A DNA stretch of 26,325 nt from Pseudogymnoascus verrucosus (Eukaryota): assembly GCA_001662655.1 (NCBI GenBank), contig KV460273.1. The stretch is one strand, 5' to 3'. The notes under the pieces were generated by a model. It was not told where the DNA came from, ran no database searches, and saw only the letters and a list, made by a program, of their open reading frames with translations. The position numbers and the translations under genes are program-made. Every line of letters begins with the position of its first letter. Position 1 is the first letter of the stretch. Positions 1-12,800 of the stretch are shown here, piece by piece.

Positions 1-94
1 CGGCGACGAACTTCTCAGTAATGCCTGCTCCGAATCCGAAGCCGGCTCCGGTGACAATGGCGACTTTACCCGAAAGCCTTTGAGACGACATCAT
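1..94 (-). CDS. Short-chain dehydrogenase/reductase (SDR), 5' end only; gene continues beyond the left edge
   Basis: Manual translation of the minus strand from ATG at 94 (or 91): MMSSQRLSGKVAIVTGAGFGFGAGITEKFVA. This contains the classical SDR Rossmann motif (L.GKVA.VTGxxxGxG). Too short for the ORF track. Confidence 0.88.
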   Translation of the reverse strand, partial: MMSSQRLSGKVAIVTGAGFGFGAGITEKFVA

Positions 95-846
95 GTGCTT
101 CTGAATTTGTATCTGGCAGTTATTTGCTATTCGTTCCTTTACTTTGGGTTGTCAAAGAATGAGAAGTCAGGATCCGGGCAGCTGGCGGCATAAAGAAGGA
201 CGAACAGTTCCGGAGACGTCAGGATATTCTTAAGAGGGCTGTTAGTGTTGTTAGAGCGAAGGCCGTTGCCGACGTCCTCGTGTGATTGATGACCCGGCTA
301 ATAAGATTTAAACCTCTGCCGCGGAAGAAGTATGAGAACAATGGACCATTAGAACCATGAGGGATCGGTGTTCGGATAACCTTCCGCGGAAGCTAGGAAC
401 AAGAAGGTCGTACAGAAGACGCAAGAGACGGCACCAAGAGCTAAGGTTATCCCCGCATTCTGAATCCCCCGGATTCTGCGCTAGCCATTTCATTCGTGCT
501 GTTGCTGTTCCTACGTAGTGACGGCGAATCTTCTTCTTGTAGTGTTGAAAGATAGGTTTTATATCGATGGCTGATGGATAAACCGGAGGGGATACGTGAC
601 AAGGCAAGTCGAGGACAGATTACTAGACAATAAACATAAAATATCAATTCGACATACGCTCAAGGAAACTATCTTATACCCAATCCCCTTCTGCAACCGC
701 GAAAAAGAGAGGGCCCAAATGCAGGTATCCACCCAACGCCAGCTAAACAAAAAACAAAAAAGCAACCAATATCTTAACACATCCCATTCATCCTTCCTTC
801 CACCCATCCGTCATCATCATCACATTTTTTCCTCCTCCCCATCACA

Positions 847-3800
847 CTAAATCTCACTACCCATCGCCGAGCTAACCGGAATGCTAACTCTGCTTGAATT
901 CCTCCCTCCCCTCATCCCAACACTCGATCCTGGCTCCCTCGGTCTCGCAACGAGCACCTGGGCCGGGCACACCACAATCTCCTCCTCTCCCACTCCCTCA
1001 TCATCGCCCTGCTTCACCACGAGCGGGAACAGCACAACCTGCACCACCGCGCCCTCCTCCTCTCTCTCCTCGCCGCTCACCTGTGGCGCTCCTCTCGAAC
1101 CGCCAGCGCTGATCTTCTCGCTCATCAGCGCAGCATTGAAGGCGACCTCACGCGCCAGGTCGCCGTTGGCGTCATACTCCGGCTGCAGCGGTGGGAGCAT
1201 CATGTATTGAGCGCGCTGGGTGCGCATCTCAATGGACAGGTTTACAGCGACGCGCACGACGCGGCGGAGCTGCACCTGGATTTGTTCCTCCAAGTTGGAA
1301 GGCGGCGGGAGGATCGTGCTGAGGGTCTGGAAGATAGCCTGGACGACGGCCTCAGTATCCTGGTCGCGCTGTGCGGCGAACGCAGGGCGGCGCGCGAGCA
1401 GGGAAAGCGTCGTCGCGCGCCATTGGTGGACTGCGGCCGGTGGGCCGACTTCGAGGAGCATCTTCTCGAGCGACTTGAGCTTCTGGCGCTGCTCGCGGTC
1501 CATACCGAATAGGTAACGCGTGAAGATGTACTCCCATACCATGGTCATGGTCATGGACATGAAGATGTCGCGGCGGCGCACGCGGTCGGCCAGGTAGTCG
1601 TCGACATCGGAGCCGTCGAGCACGGCGTTGTCTAGCCGGTCGATGATCTTGTCGTTGCTGATCTCCGATGTCAAACGGCAGGCGCGCATGTCGCTGAACT
1701 TCGAGAAGCGCAGGATCCACTGCGATACGTGCTCGCAGAGTCTCTGGCAGGCGTCATCGAAGTAATCCTCGTTGCGCACAACAAGGAAGGAAGCATCCTC
1801 GGACTTGGAGGCTAGGATCTGGCGCTGCATCTCTTTGATCTGTTCGCGCGCCGACTCAAGCTCGTTGCGCAACTGGTTGAGCTCGCGGTCTTTGTCTTGT
1901 AGCTCTTCCTGAACCTTGCCTTGTATAATCACTGCCATGCCTTCGGATAGATTTCCATGCGCGTGTCGCTCTTCTTCGAGCTCCCTTGTTGTTTGCGCAT
2001 GCTGGCTCTCAAGCTGGGTATAGCGATTATCATGCTGCTGTCCGATCGTGACATTTGCGCTCGTAAGACCCTCGTTGATCTCCTTTAGTCGATCAACCTC
2101 TTTATGGAACCAGTCGAGCGTACGCTTCAATGTATCGATTTCCGCGTCGCGGTCGGCGAGGTCGGAAGTCGCGCGCTGCGACTGATGAAGGTTGGATTCT
2201 GCTTGCTCCTTGGCTTCGGCCAACATGCGATTCTCTGCTGCTAATTGTTCGAGCCTTGCTTCGAGGTCGATGACTTGCATGCTCTGTCTGCGGCGCATAC
2301 TGTGTGGTCGGGTGGGTGACCTTGGCGAACCAATGCGCCCTTCGCCGTAGCCATCCTGCAAATCATCAGTATTGATTTCGTAAATATTACTATCATCATA
2401 TAAACTTACGTAGACGTCAGCCATGTCCTTCACTCGGACGCGGCCTTCGTTTGCGATGGGGTTGGTGATGTCGGAGGTGCTGGTGCTGGGCCCTGCAGGG
2501 CTGTGTTTAGCTTCCCGAGCTGCCTCGTCAAGGTTCGGCTGGCTCCGTTGGCTCAGAGACCTTAGATCCCCGCTAGTCTTGCGGTCGCTACGGCGGAGCG
2601 GAGGCGTGCCTGACGAAAATTTACTACTGGTCGCGCTCACTGGTCGACTTCGCACCTGATCTGGCGTATGAAGTCGATTAATATCTGGAGTTTTGCGTTC
2701 GCTCACGCTTCGTGGGGTTTCTATGCGATGCGGAGTTGTCATACGTTTGATCTCGCCAGACGATCTGCGAAGTTCGGGGCTATCAGCAGACGACCTGCGA
2801 ATGTCGGGACTACCAGTGCGAGACAGCTTGTCGTAGCCTCTAGCAGCAGCCAGACCTGCACCTGCGGCTCCAAGCCCAATAGCAGGAGGTGGGAAACTCA
2901 AAGGCGTAAGCCGTGATTGTTCCTGAACCTTACGGGACTTTGGTCTGTGCAGATCCACGGTCTCATCTGTATCATTCACAGGCGGCCATGAGAGACGTGC
3001 GAGTGCGTCGTCAGACACAGCTGGTGCTGGGGTTCGTGGAGGAGACGACCTCCTCTCGGGAGTATGGCTACGGCTCCGTCCATCAAGGTGAACACCGCTA
3101 TCTCTCGTATATTCGTGATCCGCAGCAAGCGATCGGGAGGTAGTTATTGGCGACTCGGCCACATAGGCGCTGTCGCGATTGAAGTCATCGATGCTCCTGT
3201 CTCCGAAAGGTATGTACTCCTGAGGTGGGCTGTCGGAAGACTTCCTGTAGTCGGTGCTATCCTCCTCGAGCACGACAGGTAGTCGGGATGGAGTGTGCCA
3301 TTGAGGTTCACGACTCAGATAGTCAGATGTAACGTGCGACGGGCTGCCAATCTCTCTATCTACTGTGACATGCTTTGAAAATGATGGGTGGGAAAGCTCT
3401 TCTAAAGCTTCTGGATTTTCTTGCTGATGTATCGTGGCCATGTGCTCCTCGGGTTTCGAAGATTCGAAGTCTTGCAAGTCCCTTGGTGCTTCGACGACAT
3501 CTGGGACATATGCAGCATCAATAGATCTGGATGCTTGCAGGTCGTGCGGTGCGTCGACTACCACTTGAGGAACCGTGGTATCTTCTGAATATTCTGGCGC
3601 ATCGAGAGATCTGGGATCTTGCAAGTCTTCCTTTGGTACCTCAACAATGTCGTGGGCAGATTTGTCTTCTGAAGCCTCCACTGCATGTTTGATTACAGCG
3701 CCGACTCCAATAGCTCCAAGAGCTGCTGCTGCTCCAACCATGGCTTCGATTGTAGAGTTGTCTTCTGCTGTCTCTGGCACTTCAACCGATCTGACATCTT

Positions 3801-6800
3801 GAAAGTCTCGTGGCGCTTCAACTGCCTCATGGATCGGTGAATTGTCAAGATCCCTAGGCTTATCATGATGAGAGTCTAGTGTCGCTGCTTCAGACTCGAA
3901 AGTCTGTGGCTCTTCATCGTAAGTTTCGTAATTTGACTTCGGCGTTGCAGACGAGCTGCGGTTTTTCTTGCCCTTCTTTGACTTCTTACTGCCTGATCCA
4001 AATTCAGCCTGTAACTGCTTCGCGAGAGACAGCTGGTCCTCCTCGTAGCCAACCTCAAGGCCGCCGATAGCTCTTTGTTGGTCGCTCTCGAAGCTTTCGA
4101 CTTCAATAGGTGTAGAAGGCGATGAAACTTCACTTCCACGAGACTTCTTCCCCTTCTTAGACTTCTTACTACCTGACGCGTACTCAGCTTGCAATTGCTT
4201 TGCGAGAGCTAGCTGGTCTTCCTCGTAGCCAACCTCAAGTCCGTCGAATGCTCTTGGCTGAGAAGCACTCTCAGTGCTCTCAATCTCAGGAGTCTCAACT
4301 TCGACGGGTGTAGATGGCATTGAGCCTTGGCTTCCGCGAGACTTCTTCCCCTTCTTAGACTTCTTGCTGCCTGATCCGAACTCAGCTTGCAGTTGTTTTG
4401 CGAGAGATAACTGGTCCTCCTCGTAGCCAACCTCAAGGCCGTCGATAGATCTTGGTTGCGGAGCGCTCTCGAAATACTCAGCCTCAGCAGCCTCTACTTC
4501 GACAGGTGTAGAGGGGACTGAGGGTTGGCTTCCGCCACGAGACTTTTTCTTGGACTTCTTAGATTTCGCCGCTCCTGATCCGAATTCTGCTTGTAATTGC
4601 CTTGCTAGAGCCAACTGATCTTCCTTGTAGCCGGCCTCAAATCCATCGACAGTCTTGGTCTGCGAAGTAGATTCATATTCGAAGTCTACAGGGGGAGTTG
4701 ACACTTGGCTTTCGCGGGCCTTCTTCGCTTTCTTGTCTTTCTTCGAAGGCTTTAGTGCAAACGTCTCCTCCATAGGCTCCCCAAACTCTGCAGGCGCGGC
4801 TTGTTCGTCGTGGGGTGAAACGGCGGGCATGTCGATGGCCGCTGGTGCATCTCTCGTTAAGTCTTCCGATGGCTCAGGTGTGCCCTCAACTTCGAATGCC
4901 TTCTTACCCTTCTTCCCCTTCTTGTCTTTCTTCGAAGCCTTTGGCGCCCATTCTGGCTCGATTGGCGTTTCGGATTCGACAGGCGCATCGATGATTAGCG
5001 AGGCATCCTTCGTTAAATCTTCGGATAGCTCTGGTGTGTCCTCGACTTCGAATGCTTTCTTCCCCTTCTTCCCCTTCTTGTCCTTCTTTGAAGATTTTGG
5101 CGCCCATGTTGCTTCGATTTGCTCTTCGGATTCCGCAGGTGCAACGTCGACTGGAGGAGTGTCTTTCGTTGAATCATCAGCAGTCTCCGCAACCTCATCA
5201 GCCCAACTTAAGGCATGCTCCTCCTGTGCTTGCTTTGCCTTCTTCCCCTTCTTGTCTTTCTTTGATGGCTTGAGGGCGAATTCGGTTTCGGCCTGCTCTT
5301 CGGACTCTGCGGGTGCGTCGACAATTAGGGAGGCGTCCTTCGCTGGATCATCAGCAGCCTCCTCGACCTCATCAGCCCAACTTAAAGCCTGGCCTTCCTG
5401 TGCTTTCTTCCCCTTCTTCCCCTTCTTGTCTTTCTTTGATGACTTGAGGGCGAACTCCGGTTCGGCCTGCTCTTCAGATTCTGCTGGCGCAATTGGTTCG
5501 CTGTCAACCGCACTTACAGGTGCGTCGACGATTAGGGAAGCGTCTCTCGTTAAATCTTTAGACGGCTCAACTGTGTCCTCCACCGGAGTTGGGGCCTGGT
5601 CTTCGAATGCTTTCTTTGCCTTCTTCCCCTTCTTGTCTTTCTTCGATGGCTTGAGGGCGAATTCCGGTTCGGCCTGCTCTTCGGATTCTGCGGGCATAAT
5701 CGGTTCGGTGTTGAGGGCACTTACAGGTGCATCCACAATTAGGGAAGCGTCTCTCGTTAAATCTTCAGACGGCTCAGCCGTGTCCTCGACCAGAGTTGAG
5801 ACTTGGTCTTCGAATGCTTTCTTTCCCTTCTTACCCTTCTTGTCTTTCTTCGAAGGCTTGAGGGCCCATTCAGGTTCGGCCAGCTCTTCGGGCTCCACTG
5901 GCGCGATGGGTTCATCTTCAATAGTACTAATAGCAGGAGCATCGACGGTTGGTGGCGAATCTTCAGAGTGTTGAGCCTCTGGGAGGGTGGGCTGCTCGAC
6001 GATAGTGTCTTCAGTTGGCGGCGAAGTTTGGCCTCCATGAGCCGCCTTCTTCCCCTTCTTGTCCTTCTTGGAGGGTTTCAGCGCCCATTCTGGTTCGATC
6101 TGTTCTTCGGGTTCTCCCAAAGGTGCCATTGGCTCATCGTCGAGAGCAGTGGTGGGTGTGTCAAGGACTGCGGGGGCGTCGTTTGTTGAAGCTTCAGATG
6201 GTTGTATTTCAGGAGCGCTGAGTGGCTCTACAGCAGTATCCTCAGTCGGAACACCGCGAGACCTCTTTCCCTTCTTGTCTTTCTTTGATGGCTTTAGCGC
6301 CCATGTTGGCTCGAATGGCTCTTCGGGTTCTGGAGCGGGAACGGTCTCATCGACGGTGGGCTCAATGGTAGGCTCAACGATGCTGGGCTCAACAATGGCG
6401 GGCTCAACGGTGGTGGGCTCAACGGCAGTGGGCTCATCATCGAGAGTGGCAAGAGAAGTTTCGATGGGAATATCTTTTGCCACATCTTCCAGGGGCTCTC
6501 CCTGTGGTTCCGGAGCAGTATCCTCTTGAAACAGGCCGCGGTTCTTCTTTGCCTTCTTCTTGTCTTTCTTTGACGGCTTCAGCGCCCATGTTGGCTCTTC
6601 GGATTCCGGAGCGGGGGTGGGCTCAACGGCGATGGGGTCAACGGCGATGGGCTCTTCAATTGTAGGCTCATCACTAAGAGCAGCAAGAGGAGTTTCGACG
6701 GAGATATCTTTTGCAACATCTTCTAAAGGCTCGCCCTGGGGCTCTGCAGCAGTGTCCTCTTCAAATAGACCTCCGCGGATTTTTTTCGCCTTCTTCTTGT

Positions 6801-9800
6801 CTTTCTTGGAGGGCTTCGGTGCCCATGTCGGCTCTAACATCTCCTCAGGTTCCGTGGCCGGGGTGGGCTCGATAGCGGCGGGCTCAACGGCTACGGGCTC
6901 TTCAATAGTAGGTTCATCACCGAGAGCTGCAACACCGAGGGCAGCAGCACCAAGAGCAGCGAGCGGGATCTCGACGGGGATGTCCTTTGCGACATCTTCT
7001 AAAGGCTCTGGTTGTTGCTCCGAAGCAGTGTCCTCCTCAAATAGACCTCCGCGGTTTTTCTTTGCCTTCTTCTTGTCTTTCTTAGACGGCTTTAGTGCCC
7101 ATGTCGGCTCAGATGGCTCTTCGGGTTCAGCCGAGGGCGTCGGTTCATCAGCTGTGGGCTCGTCGCGAGATGCTTCATCGTCGAGAGCAGCAACGGGAAT
7201 ATCGATTTGGGCATCTTTTGCCATTTCCTCCAAGGGCTGCTCTTCCTGCTCTGGCGCAGTATCCTCGGCTTGACCTCCGCGACCCTTCTTAGCCTTCTTC
7301 TTGTCTTTCTTTGATGGCTTGAGTGCCCATGTTGGCTCAGCTATGTCTGATGGCTCTGCGGATTCCGGAGCGGCGGCAGGCTCAGCGGAGATGGACTCGT
7401 CGGGGATGGCCTCATCAAGAGTGGGCTCATCACCACGGGGAGCTGGAGTAGGAATGTCGATGGGGGCATCCTTAGCCAAGTCTTCCAAAGGTTGCTCTAT
7501 AGCAGTATCCTCAAATTGACCTTGACCTCCACGAGACTTCTTAGCCTTCTTCTTGTCTTTCTTTGATGGCTTGAGGCCCCATGTTGGCTCAAATGGCTCC
7601 TCGGATTCTGCAACGGGGACAGGCTCATCAGCGGCTGGCTCATCAACGATTGGCTCCTCGCCGGTAGGCTTATCGGAGGTTGGCTCATCAGGAGTGATTT
7701 CGGCGTCGATAGTAGCAACAGGAATGTCGGAAGTTGTGGCATCTTCAACAACGTCTTCTTGAGGCTGTAGCGGCTGTTCCGTAATAGGTTCGGGGGTGTT
7801 TAATGTCTCTACAGTAGTATCCTCCTCAAGGAAACCTGCGCGGCCTTTCTTTGCTTTCTTCTTCTCTTTCTTCGACGGTTTCAATGCCCATGTTGGCTCC
7901 GATGGCTCTTCGGATTCTGCGGCGGGAGCGGGCTCATCGAAGGCTGCGGTAGTGATGTCCACGGGGGCTTCTCTGGCTATGTCTTCTAGTGGCGGCTGTT
8001 CCATGGCAGATTCTGGGGCGTCTAGTGGCTCTGCGGCAGTGTCCTCCTCGACTGGTTCGCTACGGCCCTTCTTCGCCTTCTTCTTGTCCTTCTTTGAAGG
8101 CTTTAGCGCCCAGGTTGGTTCCGATGGCTCTTCGGGTTCCATGGCTAGGGTAGGCTCATCAATTGGAATGACAATAGGAACTTCGGGAAGGACATCTTCA
8201 GCTGCGTCTTCAAAAGGCGGTTGCTCCGCAGCAGGTTCTGGAGCAGCAGATTCAGGAGAGTCCAATACCTCTGCAGCAGTATCCTCGACAAGATCACCGC
8301 GACTCTTCTTCGCCTTCTTCTTGTCCTTCTTCGATGGTTTTAGCGCCCACATAGGCTCTGCTGGCTCCTCGGATTCGGCAATGGGGGTATCTTCGATGGC
8401 CACAATAGGCATGTCGACGGGAGCCTCTTTAACTTCATCTTCTAAAGGCGATAGCTGCTGTTCTGCTACAGGATCATCTTCGACTGGAGCTCCGCGACCC
8501 TTCTTAGCCTTCTTCTTGTCTTTCTTCGATGGTTTTAGCGCCCACATAGGCTCTTCTGGCTCCTCGGATTCCGCAATGGTGGTATCATCAACAGCTGCAA
8601 TAGGAATGTCGGTAGGGGCGTCTTTAGCTTTATCTTCGAAAGGCTGTAGCTCTTGCTCCGGAGCGGGGGTAGGCTCATCGTCAAAAGCAGGGGCAGGAAT
8701 GTTGGCGGGAACATCTTCAGCTACGTCTTCTAAAGGCTGTAGCTGTCGTTCCGAAACAGGCTCGGGCTCGTTAGTGAGAGTAGTAGCGGGAACGTCAACG
8801 GGAACATCAGTTACGTCTTCGAAAGGCTGTGGCTGTTGTTCCGAAGCGGAGGAAGGCTCATCACCGAGATCAGTAACAGGAACGTCGAGGGAGATTTCTT
8901 TAGCCTCATCTTCCAAAGTTTGAAGCGGCTCTGTTTCCAGGGCGGATTCGGGAGAGTTAGATGGCTCAGTAGCAGTTTCCTCAACGGGACCTCCTCGACC
9001 CTTCTTGCCCTTCTTCTTGTCTTTCTTTGAAGGCTTCAAGGCCCATTCCGGCTCTGCGGCTATATCTTCAGCTGGCTGTTCGCTCTCGGCTTCAGGAAGA
9101 ATAGTTTCAGCAGCATTGTCCTCGGCCGGGGTTTGATCCCCGCGACCCTTCTTGCCCTTCTTCTTGTCCTTCTTGGAAGGCTTCAAGGCCCATTCCGGCT
9201 CGGCGACGAGGTCTTCAGCAGGCTGTACTTCTTCGGCAGGCTGTACTGGTTGTTCGCTGTCCGCATCGGCAAGAGTAGTCTCTAGAATGACCTCATCGAC
9301 CGGGGCTGAAGCTTGCTCTGCGACGAAATCTTCAATAGGAAGCACCTCTTCGGGTGATTGAATCTCTCCGGCAGGCTGAACCTCTTCAGTGGGTTGTACC
9401 GGCTGTTCGCTCTCGACCTCGCGAACAATAGTCTCTACAGTACTATCCTCCACTGGAGTTTGATCTCCGCGGCCTTTCTTGCCTTTCTTCTTATCCTTCT
9501 TCGAAGGCTTCAATGCCCATTCCGGCTCCGCGACGAAATCATCAACAGGAAGCACCTTTTCGACGGGCTGAACCTCTTCAGTAGGTTGTACCGATTGTTC
9601 GCTCTTGATCTCGCGAACAATAGGTTCTAGAGCATTGTCCTCGACTGGAGTTTGATCTCCGCGGTCCTTCTTGCTCTTTTTCTTCTTGTCCTTCTTTGAA
9701 GGCTTCAAGGCCCATTCCGGCTCGGCGACAACATCTTCAGCGGGCTGGACCTCTTCGGTAGTCTCCAGCGGTAGCTGGTTCTCGACCTCGGGAATAATAG

Positions 9801-12800
9801 CATCTACAGCATTATCCTCAGCCGGAGCTGAACCTTGATCGCTGAGACCCTTCTTTGCCTTCTTCTTATCCTTCTTTGAAGGCTTCAAGGCCCATGCCGG
9901 CTCGGCGACGAACTCTTCTGCGGGCTGTGCCGGTTCCTCGACAGCAGCTTCAGGGAGAATATACTCTACAGTAGTGTCTTCGACCGGAGGCGTGGCTTCG
10001 CCTCCGCGACTCTTCTTCCCCTTCTTCTTGTCCTTCTTTGATGGCTTCGCGGTCCATTCCGGCTCCACAGCAAAATCTTCGGCGGCCTGCGGCGGCTGTT
10101 CAATATCGGCCTCGGGAAGGGTAGTCTCTGCGAGAGTGTCGTCGGCTGGAGTTGAGACGGGATCTCCGCGGGATTTCTTTGCCTTCTTCTTGTCTTTCTT
10201 AGAAGGCTTCAATGCCCACTCCGGTTCAATCGGCTCCTCGGGCTCCTGAGGGATGATTGGCTCGTCCGAGATGCTTAGGTCTCGAGAAGCGCCTGGCCCT
10301 TCATCAAAGGTAGCAATAGCAGCGGCTGTAGCGGCTGCAGCCAGTGGCAGACCACGACTCAAATCTTCAGTCGGTTGGTGCGGTTGCTCGTCAAGCGACT
10401 TCTCGGCTGAGTCCGTCTCAGGAAGGGCGGCCGGCTCTGGGGTTTCCTCGGCGGGTGGAGTCTGATAACCTCCCTTCTTGGCATTCTTTACCTTCTTCGT
10501 GCCTTTCTTAGCCTTCTTTGATGGGGTAGAGCTCCATTGGTCGATGGGCTCAGCTTCTTCTTCCGCCGCGACATTGGGGACAACCTCAGCCGCGCGTGCT
10601 GTGCTGTCAAAATGGGCGTCTAAATCGTCGGCGACATGTTCCGAGGTTGGCATCACTTCGTCTTTAATGTCCGAAGTAGAAGTTGGAAGGTCTATAGGAA
10701 CGTCCGCGGCATATATATCTCTAGCCACGTAGCTCTCGCCTTGTTCTTCTAGAAAACTGCGTTCCTGTACAGCCGCGCCATCTTGATCGCCCGTCTCGTC
10801 TTGAGTAGGATGCTCCAATATGATATCGTCGGTATTTGAGTGCTTGATCGGAGTTGTCTGTGGCGTTGGCTGGAAGAGATGAGAGCTGCGGTTGCATGTA
10901 TCAGGTTCTACAGGAGTCGGCTGCGGTAAATCGTCTACCTCCCGAGATGTCTCATCCTGTTGGCTATCGCCGTGTTCTTGAACAATGGCATCGGAAACGT
11001 GAAGGTCTCCATCATCCATCGGTGTTGCTGGGCGGCTTTCGGGAAGCTCAGGAAACTCATGTGACTCCTCGAATAGATCCGGAGAATGGGGTCTTTCGAT
11101 ACCAGAGACCTCCTTGGCTTGATCCACCTCGGGCTCCAGTGAAATCTCCTTAGACACTACATCGTCATCCCTGGCATGCATCTTTTCAAGAGGGGCTTCT
11201 TCCACGGCTGATGCTGGCTCTTCCACGGATGAAGGCAGCTCCTCGACCCTCTCCAGAGAAGCCTCGCGACTCTCCGGCAGAGCCGGCAAATCAGCAACAT
11301 CGTCTGATCTCGGTGAAACCACCGATGCTCTCGCAGAAGCAAGCGACGACCGGCGGCTATACACACCATAGTCAGGTTCTGTCGACCGCGGCCGCGTCGG
11401 CCTCTCCTCATCGGACAGTAGCGATTCTCGCCTCGCAGCATCGAGTAGGAGTAGTGGCTTGATCTCGCGCGAGTTGTCCCAGGAGGTAGGACGCGCCTTT
11501 GTTCGCGAAAATCCCGCTGGGTCCATGGCAGGACTCAGCGGCGACATGAGCGACGATGGGCGTCCGAGGCCTGGCGTGAGAGGAGATGCAAGTGGCGTGG
11601 GGCGCGTAAGACCCGGGGACGAGGGTGTTGAGCGATTTCCCAGCTTGAATGTTAGGGGGACTGCGCTGAGGCTTGCAGCTTTGCGGTTAGGCTTGCGCGA
11701 CTCAGTTTTGCGCGGTGTGGCGGGGTTCTTGTCATGGGCGGCGAGGCTTCTGTCGATGGGAGCAAGATGTTCTGTGCCTGGCGGGGAGGGCGGTCGGCTG
11801 TCCGGAAGAGCAGGAAGGTCGGTAGAATGGTGCGGATCTGGGGTGCCAGGATCGCTTGGGGGTAGAGCGAGGAGGTCCATATACTCCGGGTCGATGGCTA
11901 CACGGAATGGCCTCTCAACGATCTCCGGATCGACAAAGTCGTTCGGATACGGATCGCGATGAGCGTCCGCTGCAATGTTCTGTGGCTGAGACTCAGCAGA
12001 AAGGGATCGCGCTGCCGGATCGTCCTTGCTGTCAGCATCATCGGCTTTGTATTGTTGATGCAGAGCAGCGGCCACCGCTGCAGCACCGACAAGGCCGACA
12101 CCCGCGCCAAGGGTGCCGGCATTAGCTAAAAAAGAATCCTGTTCAGAGGCCTCGTCGTCCGCTATGCCATTCTTCTGTTTCTTCTTTTTCTTTTTAGACT
12201 TCGTGGTGCTAGCCCACTCGTCCTCCTCCTCGTGCGCCTCGTGACCGTTCCCATTGGAAATGCCGTTAGAGCCTTCAATTGCAGAATGGCCATTGCCCAA
12301 GTCGTGAGCCTCATCAGGCTTGACAACCTTCTCGGTCTCGCCAACATCAGATTTGTTAGACGAACCTCCGAAGAATCCAAAGAAGCCACTACCCCTTGAC
12401 TTCTTCTTCGACTCCGAGGTCACGGACCTAGTGTCATCCTCAACAGGCTCAGACACAACGCTTCGTGTTTGGGATCGGTCGCTATCCGTGTTGCCCCTTG
12501 ACTTGTCCTTCTTCGATCCCTTCCTTGAAATGGACTCCTGGGCATCCTCGAAGACTTCACCTCCTCCCTTTGACTTCCTCTTTGACTTCTTAGGCGCATC
12601 CCATTCGTCCACTGGGGCAGCAGCGTCGTCGTCATGGCGTAAATCAAATGCATCGATAGGAACGGAAATCTTCGTCGCCGGTACCTCTTCATCATCGTCA
12701 GGGTACCCAGCGCTCTTCCGGGACTTCTTGGATTTCTTGCTCTTCTTCGAGGTCGAGAACTCGGCAAATTCTTCGGCTTCTTGCGGAGTTTGAGTACTGG

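Noticed and set aside
308..850. Several short ORFs between the SDR and the leashin-like gene
   Set aside because: No recognisable motifs, mostly non-ATG starts, and overlapping in conflicting frames. The region is best read as 3' UTR plus SDR promoter.
4655..10732. Long + strand ORFs (439, 375, 237, 156 aa and others) rich in Ser/Phe
   Set aside because: Antisense shadows of the repetitive leashin-like frame: Lys and Glu codons read as Phe/Leu/Ser on the other strand, and most start at non-ATG codons.
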